From Candidatus Curtissbacteria bacterium RIFCSPLOWO2_12_FULL_41_16 (lineage in GTDB: Bacteria; Patescibacteriota; Microgenomatia; Curtissbacterales; GWA2-41-24): a DNA stretch of 54,574 nucleotides. The notes below the pieces were generated by a model. The model was not told the DNA's origin and did not search any database. It was given only the letters and a program-made list of their open reading frames with translations. This document shows, piece after piece, positions 28,216-36,599 of the stretch. The position numbers and the translations under genes are program-made. Positions within the stretch are counted from its first letter, which is position 1. Each line of letters begins with the position of its first letter. The stretch lies in contig MFBZ01000020.1 of assembly GCA_001776545.1 (NCBI GenBank), forward strand, positions 1 to 54,574, written 5' to 3'.

Positions 28216-28912
28216 ATGAAAACTAAACCTCTTTATTATGAAGACGCTTATTTGAGGGGAATAGATTCAAAAGTTTTATCAATCGAGCCGAAAGGGAGTT
28301 TAACTAATATTGTTCTTGATCAAACTATTTTTTATCCAGAAGGTGGAGGACAGCCTTCGGACCGAGGAAAATTGGGGGCTATAAGCGTTGAATTTGTAAG
28401 ATTATCTAATGATGAAATTACTCATCAGGCAAAAGGTACATTAAAAGTTGGAAAGACTGTCCATGCGATTTTGGATTGGCATTAGCGCTACAAACATATG
28501 AAGCTACATTCTGCTGGTCATTTACTTCATGACGTTATCTCGGGCATGTTTACCAGTCTCAGACCTTTAGGTGCAAGCCATGGCAAAGAAAGCCTTTATT
28601 CATTATAAAGGCATAATTGATCATTCAAAAAAAGAAGAGATAGAAATTGAAGTAAACAGAGTAAAAGAGCAAAACTTGCCCATAGTCACAAAGTATGCCA
28701 CTTACGAGGAGATTGCCAAGGAGTCAAAATTCATGCCACCCAATCTTCCTAAGAACAAAACCTTAAGAATGCTCAAGATTGGGAATTACCCAGCGATGGC
28801 AGATGGCGGTGTTCAGGTTAAAAATACAGCTGAAATCGGCAAGATTTGGATCGCCAATATTTATGTTAATAAAGAAGAAACGATAGTCAGATACGGAGTC
28901 GTTGGGTCTTAG
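28216..28912 (+). pseudogene. alaX: AlaX-type alanyl-tRNA editing protein, disrupted
   Basis: LYYEDAYL, LDQTIFYPEGGGQPSDRG, then an in-frame TAG at 28483. The same frame continues RYKHMKLHSAGHLL, then a frameshift near 28582-28590 leads to AFIHYKG...LRMLKIG...DGGVQVKNTAEIG. Confidence 0.85.
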
Positions 28913-28931
28913 CTAATACCACTGCAGTATT

Positions 28932-28959
28932 CCAAAAATACGCAATTGCGTATTTTTGG
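28932..28959. repeat. 28-bp perfect palindrome CCAAAAATACGCAATTGCGTATTTTTGG downstream of the PaaX-like gene
   Basis: Exactly self-complementary; 7 nt from the stop codon at 28967-28969. Confidence 0.9.
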
Positions 28960-28966
28960 TAGAGGC

Positions 28967-29545
28967 TCAAAGTCCAAAATATTCCTTGTAAATTTGTTCG
29001 TTTTCCAAATTATCCGCCCGTATAATCATTACTTCATCACTAATACCAAAATATTCTCTTAAATATGCGATCTGTTCAGAACAGGGATACGGAGTTAAAT
29101 AAACACTTTTCTGCAGAGGGAAAAAGTTCATCTCGCGAATCAAGCGTCTAAACTGTTCCTGTTGGTTTTTACGGAATTTAGAAATATCATACAATACTAT
29201 CCGCCATTTACCATCCCACTTTGGAGTTCTTAATGATAATTCCTTTAATTGAAACTTCAGGAATTTTGTCTGGCCTTTAGTCGTTAATTTAATAATCTCC
29301 TCGCCATTTTTCTTTATAAACTCTACGACTTTTTGATCTCTAAGTCTTTTTAAATTTCTTCTTAAATGGGGCAAATTGAATTTTCTCCATTCTTTCTCTG
29401 CCCTTCGCCGGTCACTTTCATCCTTTGCTTTGATAATCTCTTTAGCAACAAATAGAGCTCTCGGTATCACAATACCAGCAGTAAGCAAAAAGCCCATTCC
29501 CAAAAGATAAATAATCTCTTTAGTTGTTGGGTATTTAGTCTTCAT
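28967..29545 (-). CDS. PaaX-like protein (winged HTH + Cas2/VapD-like ferredoxin domain)
   Basis: LRRNLKRL...IKLTTKG (wHTH); WDGKWRIVLYDI...FRR......F.PLQKSVY..PYPC (PaaX central/Cas2-like). ATG at 29545; the ORF track uses TTG 29560. Confidence 0.85.
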   Translation of the reverse strand: MKTKYPTTKEIIYLLGMGFLLTAGIVIPRALFVAKEIIKAKDESDRRRAEKEWRKFNLPHLRRNLKRLRDQKVVEFIKKNGEEIIKLTTKGQTKFLKFQLKELSLRTPKWDGKWRIVLYDISKFRKNQQEQFRRLIREMNFFPLQKSVYLTPYPCSEQIAYLREYFGISDEVMIIRADNLENEQIYKEYFGL

Positions 29546-29562
29546 AAATAAATTAAACAATC

Positions 29563-29596
29563 TATTACAAAAATGCGCAATAGCGTAAAAGTGGTA
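29563..29596. repeat. Degenerate second palindrome copy upstream of the PaaX-like gene
   Basis: TATTACAAAAATGCGCAATAGCGTAAAAGTGGTA vs TATTCCAAAAATACGCAATTGCGTATTTTTGGTA (28928-28961): 27/34 ungapped. Confidence 0.8.
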
Positions 29597-29648
29597 TGAG
29601 CCTGAATTTCTGATTAAAGAGTGGGTAAAGCTCCTACATGGTTAATCT

Positions 29649-29678
29649 TTGACTGATTAAGTAGTTCTCAGCTACAAT
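29649..29678 (+). promoter_or_regulatory. Putative sigma70 promoter (leaderless type)
   Basis: TTGACT-18 nt-TACAAT, 6 nt before ATG 29685. Confidence 0.6.
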
Positions 29679-29684
29679 CATTTC

Positions 29685-30398
29685 ATGAAGTTATCGATCG
29701 TCATGCCCGTTTATAACGAAGGTGAAGTTATTGACAAAACCACAAGAAGCGTCGAATCTTCTGTCAAAATTCCCCATGAGTTACTCATAATCTATGATAT
29801 GGATGAAGACACAACAGTGCCCCAAGTTTTAAAACTTCAAAAAAAGTTTCCGAATGTCAAACTCGTTAAAAATATTTATGGCAGGGGAGCCCTCAACGCG
29901 CTTAAAACCGGTCTTAAAAAAGCTCGCGGCGAAGCGGTCTGTGTGATGATGGCAGATTTAACTGACGACCCTAAAGTTTTAAACAAAATGGTAGAAAAGT
30001 TTGATCAAGGCTATGATCTGGCTGCAGCATCAAGATACATGAAAGGTGGCCGTCAAATCGGTGGGCCACTTGTTAAACAAATAATGTCAAGAGTTGCTGG
30101 GATCAGCCTGCATTATCTTGTTGGTTTGCCTACTTACGATGCCACCAATTCCTTCCGTCTCTACTCAAGGAAATTTTTAGATAAAACGAAAATCGAATCA
30201 AATGGCGGCTTTGAACTAGCTTTAGAGCTGACAGTCAAAGCCCACTTTGGCGGGTATAAAGTAACCGAAGTTCCGACGATTTGGACTTATCTTGCCAAAG
30301 AGTCAAGATTTTATATGAGAAAATGGATCCCAAAATACTTAAAATGGTATTTTTGGGCGATAGGAAAAAAACTTACGGGATACCCAAAAGTAATTTGA
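29685..30398 (+). CDS. GT2 polyprenol-phosphate glycosyltransferase-like
   Basis: LSIVMPVYNEG, MMADLTDDP, ASRYMKGG, DATNSFRLY, EVP. Confidence 0.8.
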   Translation: MKLSIVMPVYNEGEVIDKTTRSVESSVKIPHELLIIYDMDEDTTVPQVLKLQKKFPNVKLVKNIYGRGALNALKTGLKKARGEAVCVMMADLTDDPKVLNKMVEKFDQGYDLAAASRYMKGGRQIGGPLVKQIMSRVAGISLHYLVGLPTYDATNSFRLYSRKFLDKTKIESNGGFELALELTVKAHFGGYKVTEVPTIWTYLAKESRFYMRKWIPKYLKWYFWAIGKKLTGYPKVI

Positions 30399-30486
30399 AA
30401 TTTTCACTTTTCGATTTATCGAAAATACTCTTTGGTATTTTAAATTTAGAATCAATAATTAAAAATTTTAAAACACTAAAAATTCA

Positions 30487-31905
30487 TTGAAAATTAAAAA
30501 TTACAAATTAAAGATTGAAAAGCTGACACTTTTAATCTTCCCTCTAATTTTCGTTGTCACTACATTATTATTTTATCCAAGCTTCAACTATTATTTCTTC
30601 CAGGATGACTGGTTTGTTTTAAACTGGGTACAAACTGGCAATTTAGCCTCCTTTTTTAGTTTCAGACCAGATGTAATTTACTGGCGTCCAATTTCTATGC
30701 CCCTCTTTTTTAAATATAGTAGACTTCTTTTTGACTTTAATCCTTCAGGATTCCATCTGGTTGTCTTTCTATCTCATTTAGCCAACATTATTTTGATCTA
30801 TGTTTTATTTCGCCAACTCAAATTAAGCCAGAAAATTTCTCTTCTTTCGTCATTTTTATATGGTACTGCCGCTTTCCATTTTGTGCCGTTATCATGGTTG
30901 GCAACAACCTCTTATGTTCTGGGGCCAACTTTTATTCTGGCTGCTCTGACTTTATTTTTAAAAGAAAGAATCATTGGCTCTTTTATTTTATTTTTGGCCA
31001 GCCTTGCCACCAGTGAGTTCACACTGACCATCTTACCAATAGCTTTAATAGTTGGAGGAAAAGCCCGAACGAATTTCAAAAGATTACTACCCTTTGGGTT
31101 AGTTGCTGCAGTCTATTTGCTGGCCAGATTTGTAGTTGTCCCGATCCCAGCAACCGGTCAATATGAAATCAGTTTGCAACCAAAAATTTTAACTAATCTG
31201 GCTTGGTATTTTCTTTGGATTTTTAATTTTCCAGAAAAAATGGCAACAATTTTCTTTTTTGCAAACCCAGCTGCATCTCTGGCTGTTGTCTTGCCATTTG
31301 CAAGATTGTTAATCCTTCCTTTACTCTTAATCTTGATTTTTGTAGTAGTAATTTTTAAATCAAGAACTTCTTTTGAAAAATTATTCAGGGGATTTGGTTG
31401 GTTTTTAGCAGGGATTACGCCTGTAATTTTCCTGCCGAATCATGCATACCCAATGTATTTGGTAATCGCCTCACTTGGCATCTTGTACATCTTGGCAGTG
31501 GGCTTGGATAAACTTAAAATCTTCGCAAACCTGATAATTGCAGTTTTTGCCATAAGCTGGCTCCTTTCCTCATTGTTGACCATATCTTTTAGTCGGAAAA
31601 ACCACTGGATATCAAATGAACAAGCTATTTCAAGAGCATATGTGGAATATACGAGAATGAAGGTTAAAGATCCATCGGCTGGCTCCATTTTTATTTTCAA
31701 ACCCGCAGATCTCGTCTTTTCTCAAAAAAATAAGTTTACTCTAGTAGAAACCGAAGACAACGTAAAGCAAGTTTTAAATGGTGATGACGCCATGCAGGTT
31801 TTCTATAACGACTCAACCATTAAAAGTTATTATCTGACTCATCAACAAGAAATTGATTTTCCTGCTAGTCTGCCAATTTTTGTGATCGCACCCACACTGG
31901 AATGA
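30487..31905 (+). CDS. Polytopic GT-C-like membrane protein
   Basis: YFFQDDW, YWRPIS, NPSGFH; many TMs; start uncertain (AT-rich heptamer region). Confidence 0.65.
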   Translation: MKIKNYKLKIEKLTLLIFPLIFVVTTLLFYPSFNYYFFQDDWFVLNWVQTGNLASFFSFRPDVIYWRPISMPLFFKYSRLLFDFNPSGFHLVVFLSHLANIILIYVLFRQLKLSQKISLLSSFLYGTAAFHFVPLSWLATTSYVLGPTFILAALTLFLKERIIGSFILFLASLATSEFTLTILPIALIVGGKARTNFKRLLPFGLVAAVYLLARFVVVPIPATGQYEISLQPKILTNLAWYFLWIFNFPEKMATIFFFANPAASLAVVLPFARLLILPLLLILIFVVVIFKSRTSFEKLFRGFGWFLAGITPVIFLPNHAYPMYLVIASLGILYILAVGLDKLKIFANLIIAVFAISWLLSSLLTISFSRKNHWISNEQAISRAYVEYTRMKVKDPSAGSIFIFKPADLVFSQKNKFTLVETEDNVKQVLNGDDAMQVFYNDSTIKSYYLTHQQEIDFPASLPIFVIAPTLE

Positions 31906-33335
31906 TGGATCTATTTTCAAAGAAACTTCCCGCCTTATTGTTATTAGCTGCATTTTTGATTTCTTTAGCACTTTATCATTCCAGTCTTAATTATTTTTTC
32001 TTCCAGGATGATTTTTTTGAAATTAACATTTCAAAAGCGCACAATTTACATGAATATCTAGAATTTTTTAAATTTAGAAATGATATCATTGCTTATCGAC
32101 CAATAAGCCTGCAGAATTATTTTTTCTTCTCAAACTATTTTTTCGGCCTTAATCCTATGGGGTTCAGGCTTATCAGTTTTGTTTTCTTCATGTTTTCCGG
32201 TTTTTTAATAATAAAGCTGGCGACTGCAATCACCAAGAATTTTAAAATTGGCCTATTGACTTCTTTCTTCTGGCTTACATCCTCAATTCACTTCATGGCT
32301 CTTTCATGGATCGCCGCCGCCTACAATATCATTGGTACATTTTTTTGGCTTTTGACCTCTTTTATTTTTTTAAAATATTTAAAAAAACAAAAGGCAAAAT
32401 TCTATCTTTTATCTTTTATCTTTTATCTTCTGACAGTTGGCTCCTTTGAGTTTTCAATAACTTGGCCTGCCATTTTGGGTTTTTATTATTTTTACGTTTT
32501 AAAAAACACCATTGTAAAATCCATCAAAATTTTTTCTCCCTTTATTTTAATCTCAGCCTTTTATCTAATCGCTAGATTTCTTTTCATTAAAGTTCCCCAA
32601 ATCACGGAATATGCCATCAAGTTTGATTTGGATTCAACCAAAGCTTTATTTTGGTACATTCTCTGGGCACTCAACATTCCTGAAGAATTTAAAAAACAGG
32701 TTGTTACAAATCTTCTTGTATTCAACCCACAATTTCTTTCAGAATTTTGGCCGCTCATCTTCAAAACTTTCTTAGGTGCGTTTTTAGTTTTAGTATCGGC
32801 AGTTATTATCCCGATCAAAATAATAATTAAAAATGGGCCACCAATTAATTTTCGCTTGATTGGTTTTGCAATAATTTGGTTTGCCATCGCAGTCCTGCCA
32901 GTTCTTATCATTCCTAATCACACCTTCTCGATGTACCTAACACTTCCTGCACTCGGAATCTATATTTTGATCTCTTATCTTGTTGTTCAAAGCAAGAGAA
33001 CCATTTTAGTGGTACCTGTTCTTTTAATATGGTTGGCAACCTCAATAAGTACCCTCAATTTTTATAAGATAAATTCGTGGATGGTCGAAGCTCAAAGGAC
33101 TGCCCAAGAGTTCAGTTTCGACACGAAACAGCAATTCCCGCGGTTAGAGTCAAATTCAGTTGTTTTATATCCTCTTTCCGCCAAATGGCAAAGACAAGCC
33201 CTTTTAGATCAACATGCCATAAGAGCAATTTATAATGATCCTTCGCTCTCAATCTACTATAATAAAGAAAGTTTGCTAAAAGCATATAAAAATGGGTCGA
33301 TAACTGGCCCTGTCTATATTTACATCCCTAAGTGA
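31902..33335 (+). CDS. Polytopic GT-C-like membrane protein (tandem paralog of the previous gene)
   Basis: FFFQDDF, YRPIS, NPMGFR; shared WY.LW..N.PE and PNH...MYL motifs. Confidence 0.65.
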   Translation: MMDLFSKKLPALLLLAAFLISLALYHSSLNYFFFQDDFFEINISKAHNLHEYLEFFKFRNDIIAYRPISLQNYFFFSNYFFGLNPMGFRLISFVFFMFSGFLIIKLATAITKNFKIGLLTSFFWLTSSIHFMALSWIAAAYNIIGTFFWLLTSFIFLKYLKKQKAKFYLLSFIFYLLTVGSFEFSITWPAILGFYYFYVLKNTIVKSIKIFSPFILISAFYLIARFLFIKVPQITEYAIKFDLDSTKALFWYILWALNIPEEFKKQVVTNLLVFNPQFLSEFWPLIFKTFLGAFLVLVSAVIIPIKIIIKNGPPINFRLIGFAIIWFAIAVLPVLIIPNHTFSMYLTLPALGIYILISYLVVQSKRTILVVPVLLIWLATSISTLNFYKINSWMVEAQRTAQEFSFDTKQQFPRLESNSVVLYPLSAKWQRQALLDQHAIRAIYNDPSLSIYYNKESLLKAYKNGSITGPVYIYIPK

Positions 33336-35089
33336 AAAAAGATTTGATTGCAATTTTAGTTATCGCGACAGCCACACTTGCGCTTTCTCTGCCTCTTTTT
33401 GTACCTGGTTTTTACACTATCCATGACGATCAGCAAATCGCCAGACTTTTTGTTTTTGACCAAGCCATTAAAACAGGACAATTTCCAGTCCGTTGGGTAG
33501 ATGGCTTAGGTTTTGGATTTGGTTATCCGCTTTTTGTCTTCTATCCGCCATTGGTTTACATATTAGGAGAGATATTTCACACCGCAGGCTTTGGTTTTAT
33601 TGACTCTGTAAAAATAGTTTTTGGCGCAAGTATTTTATTGTCTGGGATCGCAATGTATGTTTTAACTCGCGAATTTTGGGGAAGATCTGCGGCAATCGTA
33701 TCGGCACTTTTTTATATGTTTGTTCCCTATAGAGCTTTAGATGTCTATGTCCGGGGAGCACTTGCCGAATCGTTTTCTTTTGTCTGGTTACCGCTCATCA
33801 TTTGGTCTTTTTACAAATTAACTGTCACTAAAAAACCAATCCACATTCATCTATCCGCCATTTTTCTGGCATTACTTATGATTACTCACAATCTCATCTT
33901 TCTGTCATTTATGTTGATTTTGCCGCTCTATCTCTTATTTTTAATTCTTATTTCAAAGAAAAAACTATTTACTATTTACTATTTACTATTTACTATTTTT
34001 CTGGCGCTCGGCCTCTCCGCCTTTTTCTGGCTTCCTGCACTCGCCGAAAAAAAATTTACTATTGTCGATAATCTTCTTTTGGTAAATCTCGCAAACTACA
34101 ACATTCATTTTGTTTATCCTGCTCAACTTTGGAACTGGCCCTGGGGATTCGGAGGATCGGCAGCTGGTTTGGCTGACGGCATTTCCTTCAAAATAGGCAA
34201 ACTGCATATTTTGGCAGCGGTAGCTACCTTCATTTTAGCCATAGCTCACTTGGTCTACAATAAAGGTATTAAAAATAAATTGCTTGCCCTCCGAAGCTTT
34301 AGCGTAGGAGGGTCAATTGTCAATTTCGCGCTTTTCATCTTTTCCGCCTTTATGACTACGTTTTACTCAAAATTCATTTGGACTCTGTTGCCGCCCCTTG
34401 CATATCTGCAATTTCCCTGGCGATTTTTGTTATTTACCGCCATTTTTAGCTCAATAGCGGTCGGAGCTTTAATTTACTTTTTAAGAGTACCAATTTTAAA
34501 ATTGTTTGTTGGCTTTTTCTTAATAATTTTACTTGTTATCCCTAATCTTAAATTATTCAAGCCGCAAACTTACCGAGAAAATATTACGGATGAAATCGCC
34601 ACGTCAAATGAAGTTATTAACTGGGATATTTCATCATCATCGTTTGAATATCTACCTCAAGGCACCAAACTTTTCAAAAGTGATCTTGGTACAAACATAG
34701 CCGCTATCGAGAGAAAAGACATTCCCAAGCAAAAAATAGAAATAATAAGCGGTCAAAGTAACATTGAAAATCTAAAGTCAGCTCCTCATAAAGTAACTTT
34801 TTCTGTTAATGCAAAAGATCAGACTCAAATCAAAGCCAATATTTTCAACTTTCCTGGATGGCAACTAAACATCGACGGAAACAAATCAACAATCAACGAC
34901 AATAATCGCTTAAAGTTAATTACCTTTACAGTTTCTAAAGGACTTCATCAAGTTAAAATAGAATTTAAAAACACACCAATAGGAACAACCGCTAATTCAA
35001 TTTCAGTCTTCACAATAATCATTATGATCATATTTACTCTTCGAGCGAAGACACGTTTGACGGGCCGAAGTCGAGAACTCAATATTTGA
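33332..35089 (+). CDS. Membrane protein, 6-pyruvoyl-tetrahydropterin-synthase-related / GT-C-like family
   Basis: IHDDQQ, GQFPVRW, FGYPLFVFYPP, PYR..DVYVRG.LAE, THN, QFPWR, EYLP, FPGW; paralog of 24242-25828. Confidence 0.75.
   Translation: MKKDLIAILVIATATLALSLPLFVPGFYTIHDDQQIARLFVFDQAIKTGQFPVRWVDGLGFGFGYPLFVFYPPLVYILGEIFHTAGFGFIDSVKIVFGASILLSGIAMYVLTREFWGRSAAIVSALFYMFVPYRALDVYVRGALAESFSFVWLPLIIWSFYKLTVTKKPIHIHLSAIFLALLMITHNLIFLSFMLILPLYLLFLILISKKKLFTIYYLLFTIFLALGLSAFFWLPALAEKKFTIVDNLLLVNLANYNIHFVYPAQLWNWPWGFGGSAAGLADGISFKIGKLHILAAVATFILAIAHLVYNKGIKNKLLALRSFSVGGSIVNFALFIFSAFMTTFYSKFIWTLLPPLAYLQFPWRFLLFTAIFSSIAVGALIYFLRVPILKLFVGFFLIILLVIPNLKLFKPQTYRENITDEIATSNEVINWDISSSSFEYLPQGTKLFKSDLGTNIAAIERKDIPKQKIEIISGQSNIENLKSAPHKVTFSVNAKDQTQIKANIFNFPGWQLNIDGNKSTINDNNRLKLITFTVSKGLHQVKIEFKNTPIGTTANSISVFTIIIMIIFTLRAKTRLTGRSRELNI
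33964..33998. repeat. Perfect heptamer tandem repeat (ACTATTT)x5 inside a CDS
   Basis: Read directly; encodes LFTIYYLLFTIF. Confidence 0.9.
34287..34312. repeat. REP-like imperfect palindrome CCCTCCGAAGCTTTAGCGTAGGAGGG, in frame
   Basis: CCCTCC/GGAGGG stem with internal GTAG; GC-rich island in AT-rich coding DNA (ALRSFSVGG). Confidence 0.65.
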
Positions 35090-35121
35090 ATTTAGGGAAG
35101 TTCTCGATAAACTCGAACAAT
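35038..35121. repeat. Two-armed REP-like element, copy 2
   Basis: Left arm TCTTCGAGCGAAG..TCGAGAA with a 20-nt insert; right arm AAGTTCTCGATAAACTCGAACAAT is 20/24 identical to 543-566. Confidence 0.7.
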
Positions 35122-35126
35122 TGAGA

Positions 35127-36599
35127 ATGTCAAACCCAAGTAACCAATTAGACATAGAACTAATCAAAAAAAGAGCCGTATCTGGAGTTGTCACTTTTAC
35201 TCTGCGTACCCTTTTCATCCAAATTTTTACATTCATTGCAGTTTTTGTTCTCACCATAATTTTAGATGAATCAACCTATGGCATCTACATTTTTGTATCC
35301 GCACTCATAAATATTTTTGTGTATTTTTCTGATGTCGGCCTGGCCGCCGCTTTGATCCAAAAAAGGGAAGAGTTGTCTCAAAAAGACTTGGCCACGACTT
35401 TCACCATCCAACAGGCCATTGTCTTAACACTCGTTTCAATCGGCTTAATTTTTTCAAGCAAAATCGCCAGTTTTTATAATCTTGACAGCCAAGGACTATT
35501 ACTAATTAGAGTACTTATTTTCTCTCTTCTCTTATCATCACTCAAAACCATCCCATCGATTCTTTTAGAGCGCAAGCTTAGCTTCACTCGCTTAGTCATT
35601 CCTCAGGTGACCGAAAATATCGTTTTTTACTCAACAGCGGTTGTTTTAGCCATTTCAGGATTTGGAATTGCCAGTTTCACCTGGGCGGTTTTAGCAAGAG
35701 GCGTAATCGGCTTATCAATTATCTACGTTCTCTCTCCATGGATGCCATCAATAGCCTTCAACAGACTTATTGCTAAAAAATTAACCTTATTCGGTGTACC
35801 ATTTCAGCTCAACAGCATCATCGCTCTTCTTAAGGACGATCTTTTAATAGTCTTTTTAAGTAAAATCCTCACATTCGCCCAAGTCGGTTACATCGGTTGG
35901 TCACAAAAATTTGCTTTTTTGCCCCTGCGCTTCTTTATGGACAGTGTCAACAAAGTCACTTTTCCAGCCTACTCTCGGCTTCAAGAGCACAAACAAGAAT
36001 TAGGTAAAGCAATCGAAAAATCGCTCTTTTTCGTTACTTACTTGGTTTATCCTTCTGTCTTCGGAATTGCCGCCATTGCACCCAAATTAATCGAAGTTAT
36101 CCCCAAATACCAAAAATGGGAACAAGCCTTACCGCTGCTTTATCTATTTGTCATAAACAGCATTTTTTCAGCGATTTCAACTACTTTTACGAACGCTCTC
36201 TTTGCCACAGGCAGACCTAAAATAGTTTTAAACCTTATGATCTTCTGGACAACAGCAACTTGGATTCTAACGTATCCGCTTGTTTTAAAGTTTGGATTTA
36301 TCGGTGTCGGTATTGCTTCGGCAATCGTCGCCACGACTTCTCTTGTTACAATTTATTTTGTTAAAAAGGAAATTTCAGTTTCCGTAAGCAGAAATATTTT
36401 TGGCCCACTTCTTGTTTCTGTAATTATGTTTATCATTGTTCGTGCTATCCAAAGCACATACGTTCAAAATATATTTGGATTGATAATAACCGTTGCTATA
36501 GGAGCAACGGTCTATATCATTGTTTCCTTTGCAATCTTCAAAAAACACTTAATTGAAGATGCTAGAATTATATTAACGTCGTTTTTTTCAAAGTCATGA
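35127..36599 (+). CDS. wzx: Wzx-type oligosaccharide flippase (MOP/PST family)
   Basis: YGIY, SDVGLAAALIQK, LERKLSF, VGY..W, KVTFPAYSRLQ; about 12-14 TMs. Confidence 0.85.
   Translation: MSNPSNQLDIELIKKRAVSGVVTFTLRTLFIQIFTFIAVFVLTIILDESTYGIYIFVSALINIFVYFSDVGLAAALIQKREELSQKDLATTFTIQQAIVLTLVSIGLIFSSKIASFYNLDSQGLLLIRVLIFSLLLSSLKTIPSILLERKLSFTRLVIPQVTENIVFYSTAVVLAISGFGIASFTWAVLARGVIGLSIIYVLSPWMPSIAFNRLIAKKLTLFGVPFQLNSIIALLKDDLLIVFLSKILTFAQVGYIGWSQKFAFLPLRFFMDSVNKVTFPAYSRLQEHKQELGKAIEKSLFFVTYLVYPSVFGIAAIAPKLIEVIPKYQKWEQALPLLYLFVINSIFSAISTTFTNALFATGRPKIVLNLMIFWTTATWILTYPLVLKFGFIGVGIASAIVATTSLVTIYFVKKEISVSVSRNIFGPLLVSVIMFIIVRAIQSTYVQNIFGLIITVAIGATVYIIVSFAIFKKHLIEDARIILTSFFSKS

Noticed and set aside
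28483-28485. Stop-codon recoding (TAG read-through or pyrrolysine) in alaX
   Set aside because: A separate frameshift follows, TAG ends other intact genes (e.g. 16828, 25828), and no pyl genes are seen.
28967-29545. Bona fide CRISPR Cas2
   Set aside because: It has an N-terminal wHTH and PaaX-like architecture, is about twice the length of Cas2, and has no cas1 or array nearby.
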